DNA from: Trichoplax adhaerens
Lineage: Eukaryota > Animalia > Placozoa
Length of the DNA: 64,000 nucleotides
NCBI RefSeq assembly: GCF_000150275.1
Contig: NW_002060950.1
Location: forward strand, 2,654,106-2,718,105
Direction: 5' to 3'
Part shown: in pieces, positions 14,625-26,619 of the stretch
How the letters are laid out: every line of letters begins with the position of its first letter
Position numbering within the stretch: the stretch's first letter is position 1
Position numbers and translations under genes: made by a program
Notes under the pieces: model-generated
Database searches by the model: none
Told to the model about the DNA's origin: nothing
Seen by the model: the letters and a program-made list of their open reading frames with translations, nothing else

Positions 14625-15061
14625 CTCTCCCTTTCTTTTCCGAACACTAATATCGCGGATTATAGTAAGAGAGAGAGAAGGAGACGTTGGAAAAGGGGTA
14701 ACAATTTTACTTGAGAGGTCCCAGCGTATCGCTAGGACCACTCAAGTCAAACTATTACCCTTTCTCCACCGTCTATTGCTCGCTATCGCTCTCCCTTTCT
14801 TTCCTAACACGAATATGGAGGATTATAGTAAGAGAGAGAGAAGGAGATGTTGGAAAAGGGGTAACAATTTTACTTGAGAGGTCCCAGCGTATCGTTAGAA
14901 CCACTCAAGTCAAACTATTACCCTTTCTCCACCGTCTATTGCTCGCTATCCCTCTCCCTTTCTTTTCCTAACACGAATATGGCGGATTATAGTAAGAGAG
15001 AGAGAGAAGGAGACGCTGGACAAGGGGCGACATTTTACTTGAGAGGTCCCAGCGTATCGTT
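14625..15061. repeat. Tandem repeat, ~163-164 bp unit, ~2.7 copies
   Basis: ggattatagtaagagagagagaaggaga...ttttacttgagaggtcccagcgtatcg recurs near 14657, 14820 and 14984; explains the overlapping near-identical ORFs. Confidence 0.95.
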
Positions 15062-15069
15062 TCAGATCG

Positions 15070-15285
15070 ACAGTACTGTATCGTATCTTACTGTACCCTA
15101 CAGTGTACAGTACGCACTCTACAGTGTGCAGTGTGAAGTACTGTAGTGGAAAGGCCGCAAAGCGTTTTGGGAAAAAAGGAATTACTGTACACTGTACAGT
15201 AACGTAGTCAGCTACAATACTGTACAGTATAAGGAAAATTCTTGTCTTGTTCTGCACTGGACATTAATATAGTGTACTGTACTTT
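15070..15285. promoter_or_regulatory. TACAGT/ACTGTA-rich cluster, candidate promoter-associated element
   Basis: Dense tacagt/actgta/tgtaca/agtact words; the same type of cluster lies between the divergent PBDC1 and beta-TrCP genes. Confidence 0.4.
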
Positions 15286-16723
15286 AGGTGAGGGTACCGC
15301 ATTTGCGCGGCGATACTGCCTTAGGTTTCTGTTTTCTTAAGAGTGGGACGGTCTTCGCTCCATTTTTGCTGAGATCGGCTGTAATGAAAGGCTATTTACT
15401 TTATTTTGGAGACGGCACTGATGAATAGAGAGTAGCTACTGTCACTATTGACCGGATGGACTGCTCCTATGAGAGTACTGTACACCGTACTTAGGAGCAT
15501 AATCGGACTCCGCTGAAACCGTAAAGCATTTTCACCAGTTGTGAACCGTTTGGTAAGACTGTTCGACAGGTGTAATTGCTATGCAATCCAACTTGACCGC
15601 CATACACAACTGAATGGCAACATCAAAAAGTTGCAACCTGACTTGAAAATTAATATTCTCCATGTCAATGACTGTCGTGGCACCTTTGAAATGCAAAACG
15701 ACGGCGTAACTTATTGATGATTTTCTCTGCTACTGGCTGGACCGCCATTTTCAATTGGACGCCGTCAAATTGGCTGAAAGTGCTGTGACGTGTGGCAGCA
15801 GCTGAGGCGATACAACGTCATCCACCTGGACGCCAGAGCCCAATAACAACACCAACTTGATACTGTCAAGGCTCCACGTGGGTCCAGCTGGATGCAATGG
15901 CTGCTCTTGCTCTCTTTCTATTCCTTGATGATCATCAATCACAAGCTCGCTAAGCAACTGCATCACTATGGCAGTAGAAGTCGTTTTCTTTTTTGGCCCT
16001 CCACATACTGTAAGCTAACAACAGAGCCATCATGGTCCATTGAACAGTCTACTATTTCGCTTGCATGCAATATCGAGCTGCATGGTATCTTGTTATGGCT
16101 GCATCGTAGAATGAGCGAAGAGTAGTCAATCAAGGCCAAAATAGTCTAATTTTAATTTACCTCCATGTCCAATTAAGCATGCAATTAAAGCAAATAGCCA
16201 AGGCCATAGGGTAATTGATATCTTGGACGGATAAAATGTTTCATTAAAGGGTGTTATGGCTAACGGAACGCCAAAGCGTCTTAATAGAGTGATCTGGCTA
16301 TGAGTCAAGTTTTGATTAGGATGTTGTTTACAAAATGAAACACCCTGTGCATAATCAGGCTTGCGGTAGTTGAGCAGGGATCTCATCCGATGCATTTGCT
16401 TCCTTTTAATTTCTACTCACTTTGATTCTAAGCTTTTACTCAATTATACTTATACTGTATTGATGTGTGTGCGATGAGAGGTAAGCATCATTGTTTACGT
16501 TTTGCAAGCAAGTACTGATACTCTACTACAGTAGCTACAGTAGTTATCCACTGTCGATCCGAAGAGAGAGTGTTTTAGTTACTTTTTGAATAATGTCAGC
16601 CTTGGTGTCTATTAGTTGGTTACAACTTGATCGATATTCATATCTTGACAGTTATTGGTAGGAGATATATCACCTACGTACCCTACAACCGTATCTGATA
16701 TACAATATTATTTTGCTTACTAG

Positions 16724-19700
16724 GGTAAAACTTGTTACTACTTGAAGCATTTTGCTGCCACTCATCGCAGAGTTTCAGCTCGAGAGCTTTTTCTTCGTCA
16801 ACCTGATACTTGCTTGCGTGAAGTTATTCTAAAAGTTGTTCAAAATCTTAGGCAGGTAGGATGGAATGGAACTGGTATTGTTGAATCCATGCGATCCTCT
16901 CACTACGCGCATATTTAGAGTATTATTATAGCTATAAGATGGCTTGATTCGTTTTCACCTACTCTTGATAATATATTCTGTACATAGGCTGCTGTATAAG
17001 AGTATGTTTCAGTCAAGCCTGTAACTACTAGCTTACATTCCTGGTAGCTAAACTTTACCCCCGACCAATGTCGCTAAGTGCTGATGGAATCAATGTTGCA
17101 TTATTTGTATTGATCTTAACAGGGTTTCAATGTTGTTGTCGATGACGAGCATTGGTCTGTCAGTACTAGAAACTCCTACCTTAAAATCATAAAAGATAAA
17201 GTAAGTCAAGAGAAACTATTTGTAGCGACTAAATGATAGATAATACTGTAGAATTATTCGTTACATTATAGACCGCGTACTATCGATCAGTTAATCTAGC
17301 ATTTTGTCTCCAGGTCCCAAAGTGCACCTTTGCGTGTTATGTCTTTAATCCGCATCCAAATCATGGTAGATTGCAGTGTTGGTGGGCTCGAGAATGGGCT
17401 CTGGCAAAGTTTTCATTAGTTAAAATGCATCATAGCCCCAATCGTAATGCCGACTATAATTATCCTAGCCGGCCTATGGAAAGCGATAAGAAATTCGATC
17501 GGTGGTTTGATGATGAACTTGGTGGCAAAATGTATGGAAATAAATTATCCGAGCCAGGTTCGCATTGCGACAATAGATTGAATTAAATTGTACAAAGTAC
17601 AAAGTATTTCAAATTTTTAATTTTATTAATTTTGCGAAAATGCTATTACTCATAAATTTGCTCGTATTAATGTTGAACTGTTACTTTACTACGCGTACTA
17701 TAGAGAAACCAACATGGGAAGAATTTGAAAACCTACACCAACCCAAGCCTACACTGTTCTGTAATTCACCGTATCAATTAGAATTACCTGCCCTCTTTAT
17801 AGAATGGGAAGCTCTTTTAGTCGAGAAGGATGAAGATAACAAATTTTCCATTAAAACTAAAGATGGTATTGTAGATGCCATTCGTCTGTGGTCAAACGCT
17901 AATCCTACTGGTAGGATAATAGTCGTACGGGTTGGAAGACATCGTTGTGGTACGCCAACATACTAGCTAATTCTATCATTCTTCAGATATGCATCAAAGA
18001 CAGCAACGTATAGATTGGCTGTAATTTAACATGTACAACTTACTTATAACATGCTTTACAAATGTAGTCAAAATATGGTCTACTACATAATAATCACACT
18101 TAATCAATTATTCAACACTAGGTCAATCTGACTCAGAACAAAGCAGTCTAGAACTGGATGAGAGCACTGCTACTAAAATTACTAATGCTAAAATGTGCTC
18201 CTGTGTCAAAGATATGCGCTACATGATAGGAAAAATCTGCACGGAGGTACTGGAAGTTATCTTTCAATTTGTTTCTTCAACACGCGTGTGTCTCCTAATT
18301 TAGTAATTGTATTACGATACATTATTGTTGCTAGCTAACGGCGGTCCCAGTTTTTTTCACTTTTGTTAACGATCCGACGAAATCAGGCCTATTTACGTTA
18401 TTACCACGCCCTGGCATTATTGCATGGCTCCAATTTATACACAGGCTAAATCTCTTCCATCAATCCACCTTGTATGTTACGAGTTCACATTATCATACTC
18501 AATGTGCTGACAATGCTGGTATCAAAAGTATTCCCATAAAGAAGTTACTACGCAACCCACGTCAGGTGCATATTTTATATGTATTTATTATCATTACTGC
18601 GATAGTCTTTCAATATTTTATGAAAACTGCTCTGAAATGAAGCTAACTCTGGATACCACATTATAGATTATAAGTATTCGCAACAATGCCCATGTTTCGT
18701 GCTTGCCCGACATTGTACGAAATTTCGAATACACACGGTCTGATTACGTCGATTTAACTCAGAGTACTAATGAAGCAGAAGTTATTCTGTCAAAAGACCG
18801 CGATATAGTGCCTTTTTATAAATGTAATACCTCGGATTGTCACATTCTCCATAATGAATTGAGCTGTTGTCTAATATACCATATGGCTGATTATGGTCGC
18901 CTGCATGGTGCTTGCTATAAGACACAAGCCGTTTTCGATAGGTAAAAATGATAATTACAGTAGTTATTTCCCCTGCTTGTTGTTCATTATTTCTTTCTAA
19001 TATCTCACGCATACTTCCAAGTTATATTAACTTCTACGTGGAAAAGGCCTCGCGAAGTATTGTACGTAAAGTATCACGAAATTTTATAGAAAGCAAATTA
19101 TCACAAATATCTCAAGAAAGCTGTGACTTAGCGGATGAAAATCCCGTTTCAAACAGTAAGTTCATCCAATTATATTTGAAAATAGATGTAAAGCTCATTT
19201 ATTTGATTAGTGCAGACGGGAAACGATTGTCTAGTATGCTAAAAAGATTCATGTATCACTTACATAATAAAGAACAAACACCTAACAAAATTAAAGTGAC
19301 ATTGAAAGATATCCAAAAAATGGCAGCTAGCCCAGCTCATTTTTCACGCGGCATGCAATACAAAGATAATATAGAATCATTGACACCCATACGCAATGAC
19401 AGCAACGGCTTAATGACATTAAATTGTGTCTGTAAGTGAATTTACTTTAATAAGATGTACACATTAGTGAATTATACCGAAGTTGTTATTTATCAGACGG
19501 TGTCGACAATATTCTATTGGAGACTACATTATCAAACTTTCTGCTACCATCTTGTATAGGCAAAGGAACCCGAGATGTGCCATACAAGGCTTCAGCTGTT
19601 ATTGGCTGTTCCGGTAATAAGACAATCAGATAGTACTTCTAACTGCGTACTCAATCGCATTTATGCGTTTGCTTGTTTACAAGTTAGCCATGTTGTGTTT

Positions 19701-21676
19701 ATAGGTATACTCTCCGCTCAATGCTCCTGTCCTGTTGGTATGACAGGCACATGCAAGCATGTTACTGCTATGTTGTTAGTCCAGTTAGATCAACAGAGAT
19801 CAAATGAAGATGATACTACGGTATTGAATAATTATTGAATATCATGTCTGAGCATGATCAACGTAATGATAACATCGGGCATATTCTTAGGATGAAGAAA
19901 GCGGATCAGAAGAGCGGACGATGCGCAAACCATCACCTACACTAACACGTAAACAGTCAAATAAATTCCGGTCGCTACCATCGTGGCTGAATTCCACACA
20001 GGTTAATAATCACTTTCTAATAGCTGTAGATTTTTAATTTTTATCATAACGTTGACTCGATGAATCGGTCATGTTGTATGGATGGCTTATGCATACTACA
20101 CGTATCTTCCGTCAATGTTATAATAGAGCACAACGGATAACGAATCTGTTGAAACTAAAGGCGCACAACAAGAAACCTCTAAGGACATTAAAACACAACT
20201 CGATTTTAGTGATTCAAAGTTAGAAAATGCTACCCCAAATTTTTCAAATTCAGTCAGTGATGACGATTTGATAAATGACTCCGAAGCAACACAACCCTAT
20301 GATATGAATAACCAACAAACAAATGGTGTGCAATTAACTCGCCATCTAACGCCTGATCTCGCACAAGTAAAAACAAGTTCGATGGGATTTAAGAGAAAGA
20401 AAATGTATGTAGTATTCGTCATCACTGAATATTCAGGGTTAACTAAGCAGTAATTAGCATTTCCCTTCCTTACTTTGATATTTATTTTGAATGCGAATTT
20501 GTGAATAGCATACTCATTTTAATAATTTTTTAACCTTAATTGTAACCCACTAGAAAAGCTAGAAGATTAATTGCAACGACCTTGATTCGCGATTATTATT
20601 TGTGACGCCATATATTTTAATTTTAAACTAACATTTTCTTGTACCAGAACTAAGCAAGAAGCAGTAAAAAGAATTATATACCATATGTCGGTGCAAGAGC
20701 TGGTTGACACTGCTAGAGAAATTGTAAATGTTGAGGTATAGACAGTTGGACATTGCTAATCTAGCTAGATGTTTTAGAGCTTAGATATGTTACATGGTAT
20801 GTGTTAATGAGAGTACCAATACACAAACTTTTAGCGCATGAAAACAGGAGAGAATCTGAGCTCCGATAGCAATGCTCATACAAGTCAAAATTCCAATGAC
20901 AAAGACGATGAATCGGATTCCAATCGGTATTTAAATTTAGTTACACTTAATTTATTATACATATATGTACTCAAATTCGGTAAAGAAATATGATTTAGCA
21001 TGACTTTAATATTTCTTTGTGGTCAAAGTGAAACGAAAACTCAAAAAGCAAACATTACCTGTAATGATATTCTGGATGAACTATTTTCCGATAATCTCAA
21101 CGGCCAACCCAATACACTGTAAATAAATATTGCAAATATTGTGTAGTAATTATAATCAATCTAATAAGAAAGTAGATTGCACTATTGATATTTTTTATCA
21201 ACATATTCTTGAATAGGCCAACGCCGAGTGAATCTTTTAAAAGGAATCGTAATCGTAGCAGCCTCGGTGACAGTAGGATTCTGGTTCAAAAATCATTTCT
21301 ACAGAATCAGTCTGACTCGATTTTAGAAACTGTACCTGGAAGCTACATTCCAGAAACTTTTATTGATAGCATCCAACCAAATAAACGAAAGAGTATCTGG
21401 GTCGATCCATCCCCCGAAGCTACTTCAACGACAAAGTTACAAAAATGTCATGATGATAAGGACATTGTAAGCTACGTTCCGGAAACTCCAACGTCAAGCG
21501 AAGACGCTATTCCTAGTGTAAATAAATCTTATCAATCATCATTACGTAGTAGTGTTAGTCAAACGAATACTGGTAATCTCTGGGAAGCGAGTAATGAAGG
21601 CAACTCTTTGAAGGAAACAGATCGTGGCAAAGTTGAACCTGTAATTGATTTATCATTTTTGGATGAACTAATCTAA
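16724..21676 (+). CDS. Multi-exon ~1000-aa protein: PNK-like P-loop kinase domain + degenerate HAD-IIIA phosphatase + SWIM zinc finger + CYREN/MRI-like Ku-binding region (5' end unresolved, probably 16470-16680)
   Basis: In-phase GT-AG exons 16724-16855 (GKTCYY), 17123-17200 (GFNVVVDD..TRNSY), 17314-17557, 17704-17949 (EKPTWEEF..ALFIEWEALL; this donor least certain), 18122-18246, 18335-18565 (LPRPGII..LYVTS..ADNAGI), 18667-18941, 19022-19155, 19216-19431 (FSRGMQY), 19560-19613, 19705-19820 (CSCPVGMTGTCKH), 19891-20001 (RSLPSWL), 20127-20404, 20648-20735 (RIIYHMSVQELVDTAREIV), 20835-20926, 21029-21118, 21217-21676 (DLSFLDELI*). Confidence 0.8.
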
Positions 21677-22299
21677 GTCTGGTTGAATTATTAGCCAATC
21701 CCCTGTACAGGACTCCTGATTTGAGATTTCTATCTGTACTATTGGCGACTATTACTCAGTTTCTACAATAGCTATCAAATTGTCATTTAAATACATATAT
21801 ATGTATATATATACTCACGACTGCATGATTTTTCTATACGTTGCGTATTTGTTTTGTATTTATACTTGTTAACCCCTCCTCTATATTGTAGTATATCTGA
21901 GTTACAGTAGTTGGATTTTACTATGATTTTATAATGATATGTAATTTAAGCAGCAAATTAAATATTTCTAAATCTTAAAGTGCCGGTATATGCTTCCTGC
22001 AGTAGATCTGGTATTGAAATTATTTCTTAGCTAGTGATGAGATATGCATTCATTGAATGCCGTGAAAGCATTACTAACGACAACGCAAAAAGAATTACTG
22101 GTTCCTGAAATCGCCATTCATTACAAACTGATTAGTCATCATTTCAACAATGCATTTGTCTAGAAACTCCATAGTGTCATTTTATTAACATCAAAATGTA
22201 TTAGCAAATTAGCATTTCCATTTCTAATTTTATATATACAAGTATAATCGACTAGCAACAATTAGAGAGTAGTTCGAAAACAAGAGTCGATATTTTACA

Positions 22300-24480
22300 G
22301 CGATTAAATCTTAAATCGTCTACCGTCGTTTCTTATGCCTTAAATCAAAAAATTGTCAACGTAATTCAGGTCGTGAACAAGGAATACGGATGCTTAATCC
22401 CATCCAGTAGTAACAGTTTTCGACTGTTGTAACTCATTTCTCACTAACTTTCTTTTGATTCGTCGCTACTAGAAATAATAGCAAGAGTCTAGCCGAAGAC
22501 ATTTCCTATTATGGTTTGTAATTGAATATTGATATTGTCTATTCAGACATACTCCACTTTAAAAACTATGCTATATATAGTAGCGTTCAAAACTCCCCTT
22601 TCATTTGAAGACATACTCAAATTTCAATCATTACGCACGCCATCATAAATACCTGTAACTAACGAATAAAGCATACATATAGGCGTATCTAGCCTATTCA
22701 AGATTGTTCATAGCGCTTTGTTACTGAATTGGAGAACTACTCTATTGCACGCTAATAAGTAGCCTTCAACTCGTGGGATCCATCGCAATCAGTTTGTTCT
22801 ACACTTGATATGATAATAGTCAATTTATACATGCCAAATCTAGCGATGGTGGTTGTCGTCTTTCCATTATTGACTAACAATGAGACAATTAAGAAATGAT
22901 AAAAGGGACGATTAATAAGATGTAAATGAAGTCAGTATCACCTTGATTAATTATAAATTGGATAATAATTCAATTTTCATCTGTAATTAATTTATTGACT
23001 GATGAGTCAAATATGAAAACAACTGTGTCGGTTAAATAAAAAGAATAATTAAAATTGGACCATTTTGCACTTAACAATGACCACTATGGCAACTTCAACG
23101 ATCATTGGATAATTAATATTATCTTATCAACAACAAGATAAATTTATACAGTTCATCTAATTCATCTTCTTTTTTTTAATCAGTCATTGTTGATGATAAT
23201 ACTATTCAACACGGATAATTGCCTTGTCCATGATAGAGTCAATGCCTAGAAGCAACATTGTACCCTTCTTCATCAACTTATTTTAATTTGCCTTCTACCG
23301 GTAGCACCATCATATCTAAGTTAACCCTGAGCCGATTTTAATCGCAGAATACACGCTGAGCTAGATAGGAAGGTAATATGTGCCAGGTTGATCGTGCCGA
23401 GTTCAAAAAGTATTATCCCTAAATTAATTCATAGAGAAGATTCAAAAAAAGTGATCCAAAAATTGACTCATCCATCCACTTCGCATTTTACTCACAAAAT
23501 CGATTTATCTATATACATTTTTAGCTAATAACTTTGAAGCCTTATCCGTTCTTTTCGAGAACAAAAGCAACGTTATCAAAATTGGCCTGAAAGCATCATG
23601 ATGCTGCCACAATCAAGTTGAAAAGATCTTATAGTAAGAGCACAAAAAACAACGAAATTGCTTCATCGATCACATTATTTCCCATCATTAAACGATCTAT
23701 GCCATCCAGCGTCTTCATTTCCAACTCTTCTCGTTGAACCAAGATAAGTAGATCGAGCTGTCATCGATTTCACACAATTTATGAAAGGGTTTACGAAATT
23801 ACAAAGTATCAAAGGTAAGCGTTGTTACAATTAAACTTTGGGGATGTTATATAAACCATCCATAGCACGATAGTGACTGACAAGATATCTAAGGACCGAA
23901 TGCGTCCAATTTTTCGTACCCTAATTATCCGTGTTTAGTCTTGTTTGCATACTGTACTTGGCGTTGAAAATGACTGATAAAAGACTTGTATCTTTACACG
24001 AAGTAAATCTACCGCTTTATTCACTTATAATTCCTACATCCATCTAAGCGATAATGATAATGATAAATTCATTTGCTACAGTCTTAAAAATAGTAAAGCT
24101 CTTCATAGTGTTGCTAACGCCGGATAAAATTTGTTAACTGTGTCTTCGTAAGCCTTTACAGTTCTTCCCATGCTCAAATAGAAGCAGAAGATATATACTA
24201 TCATTTGTGAAGTGAAATCTTGATTACGCAAATAGATTAATTAATGATGAAATTAATGATCACTCCAATATTAGATCTCAATCACAGATATGAAGATTAT
24301 GAACCCCATTCATTACAAAATAAAGGAGTTTTAATATTCTTATCATTAAAGTAACTCGGACATTTTGACAACACCAGGCTTTCAGAGTTTATCAGTGAAA
24401 GTGATGGTAATTCTCGGCCACTGTAGATTAAGGTAGATCTACCAAATAGAACTAGCTTAACCCTATATAAACATATCAAT
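22300..24480 (-). pseudogene. Heavily decayed coding sequence, possibly NACHT/STAND-like
   Basis: Minus-strand fragments in NACHT-like order: MLLLGIDSIMDKA (~23260), DTVVFIFDS (~23030), IKVILTS (~22945); upstream KQFRCFLCSYY (~23650); many stops and frameshifts. Confidence 0.25.
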
Positions 24481-26619
24481 TCAGTAAGAAATGAAAGATT
24501 ACTGCAATACTCTTATAGAATAATCTATGGATAAGAACAAAAACGCCTAGGCTAGATCGAATACCCAATAGGATTATTTCCTAACTGATTTATTCAATTT
24601 ATTGGAAATGTAGTTTAGCTATTGGTAAAAGCTGTATCCTATTGCTATAGCGTGCTTCTACTAATACCGTCATACGGGTATGTTGGTAAATAAAGGCTTT
24701 CGAGATTTTTTCTTAAGTGCCGGTACCACGCGATTATCGCCATCACGTAAATGAAAAATTTCGTTTGCAGTACCCAACAGCAACATCGATTCTCAATTTT
24801 TATTCATCGTTCGTTTGATCAGTGAATTTAGAGGCGCTTTCATAACTATCAAGAGAATCAATTTTGTCGTTTTAATTTAAGATTTCCTGCCGTAATTCGA
24901 GACGTGCTCATATAGCCCATGGTCCCCATTTCCCTCAGCACCATTGTCGTACCGTATTATTTTTTATTTTTTATTCGTTTACAGATTGACACTTTAATGA
25001 ATCAAGTAACTTTTAATCGCTTTAGCGTACCTTCAGATTATAAGTCTCAATGGTTCATTACAATTAAGATATCCTTCTCTATCAGGAAATGTTTTTGTAG
25101 TCTGTTGGATATTGCTACACCAATACAACTGATGTTTATGCGAGTAAATTGCAATACAAATCAACCAATCATGGTTATATAACGGAATTATTTGTTCGTT
25201 TCATCCGATTTATGAGTATTAATGAATCGCAATGGAATAGTGTAGTGGCTAGGGTAATCTTATTCAATCTATTCATGCGTTCCATACGGTAATGAACTTG
25301 AATTTTGGGATTCTCATATTAATCTATAACTATTCTTACTATAAGCCAATTTTACAGCAGTTGGGTAGTTGATGCAAAGATATAGCGTAATTTGTTTGGC
25401 ATATCATCGGAGATGAAATTCAAGATCGCTTTAAGCAAGGAGTGATGGCTGCTATCGACTTTAGGGTTAAAATTTTTAAATTATTACTTTTGCCCTAATT
25501 TACAACACTTTCAAGACATGTTATTGCCGTCTATCACATCAATACAGCCATTAGCATCTTTCTTTAGCATATCAATAAATTACAATGAAGTCCATAAATA
25601 TTAAAACCTATTGCCACCTTTAGGTATTAACACACTTTTATCCCCCGGCATGATTAATAGTTGAAATTTGTTAAGGATTGAAATTAATACGCTGAAAGTA
25701 AATCTACTCTTTGTTTGTAAAATTGAACAATTAGTCTTCAAAAGCTGCAAAGCTTCGCAAACTCTCGAAATTCGAATAGAGTTTGAATAATTGAAGATTC
25801 CGTGCTAAAAAAAATCGATATATCCACAGTATGTAGCTCAGAAACACTTTATAATTCTTGTAGTAGAATATCTATGATATCTTAAATAAAAGAAGTCACA
25901 GGCCATAATTTTCTTTATACGTTTATCCATCCACTAGCATTAATAAATCTATAATAGTTATGGAATTTACATACCACAAATTTCAATTCTTCCTGCGATT
26001 AAAATGCCGATAACAAAATAATTCAACTGACTCATCAATACTTTATTGAATTTCAAAAATGGAAGGATGAAAAAATATTTTATCGGGCATTCCTTTAGCC
26101 TAATTATTGAAAATTATCCATATTATGAAGAAGTCTATTAAAAGCAATCAAGAATTTATATTATTTGCCAATAACTCCCACATACTACGGTTCAATAACG
26201 CTCTTCTATTTTCTAACAATAAATATCGTAGATATAGTATCCTGTAAAAGCTTTCAACAAACTATCGATAGTTTTTTAACAGTAATACACGCTAATACAA
26301 TCTTGAGTTTGACCACTATCAATAGCTTTATCCATGTATCTTGAAAGGAAGCTGTGGACTGCAATAATTCATTCATGAATTATCGATGGATAGAATGGAT
26401 CCAAAAATAGTAATAGGACTATAGTATGGTAAATTGAACTCGGTATTATTCTTATACTAATCCTACGCCAAAATTGACAGCAATCTATCTGGTTCTATTC
26501 ATTAATGGAAGGGACATTCAAGCTTAAAGTTGTTCGATAATGTTCACAATGAATCGAAAATCATGGAATGATTGTATATCTCAAACAGAGAGGGAGGCAA
26601 TAATCCTAAGGCGATATAG

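Noticed and set aside
14578-15257. Overlapping ORFs of 86-103 aa
   Set aside because: Arise from the 163-bp repeat and low-complexity TACAGT tract
15323-15410. Vague U5 snRNA-like layout with Sm-like ttattttgg
   Set aside because: Invariant loop I GCCUUUUAC is absent
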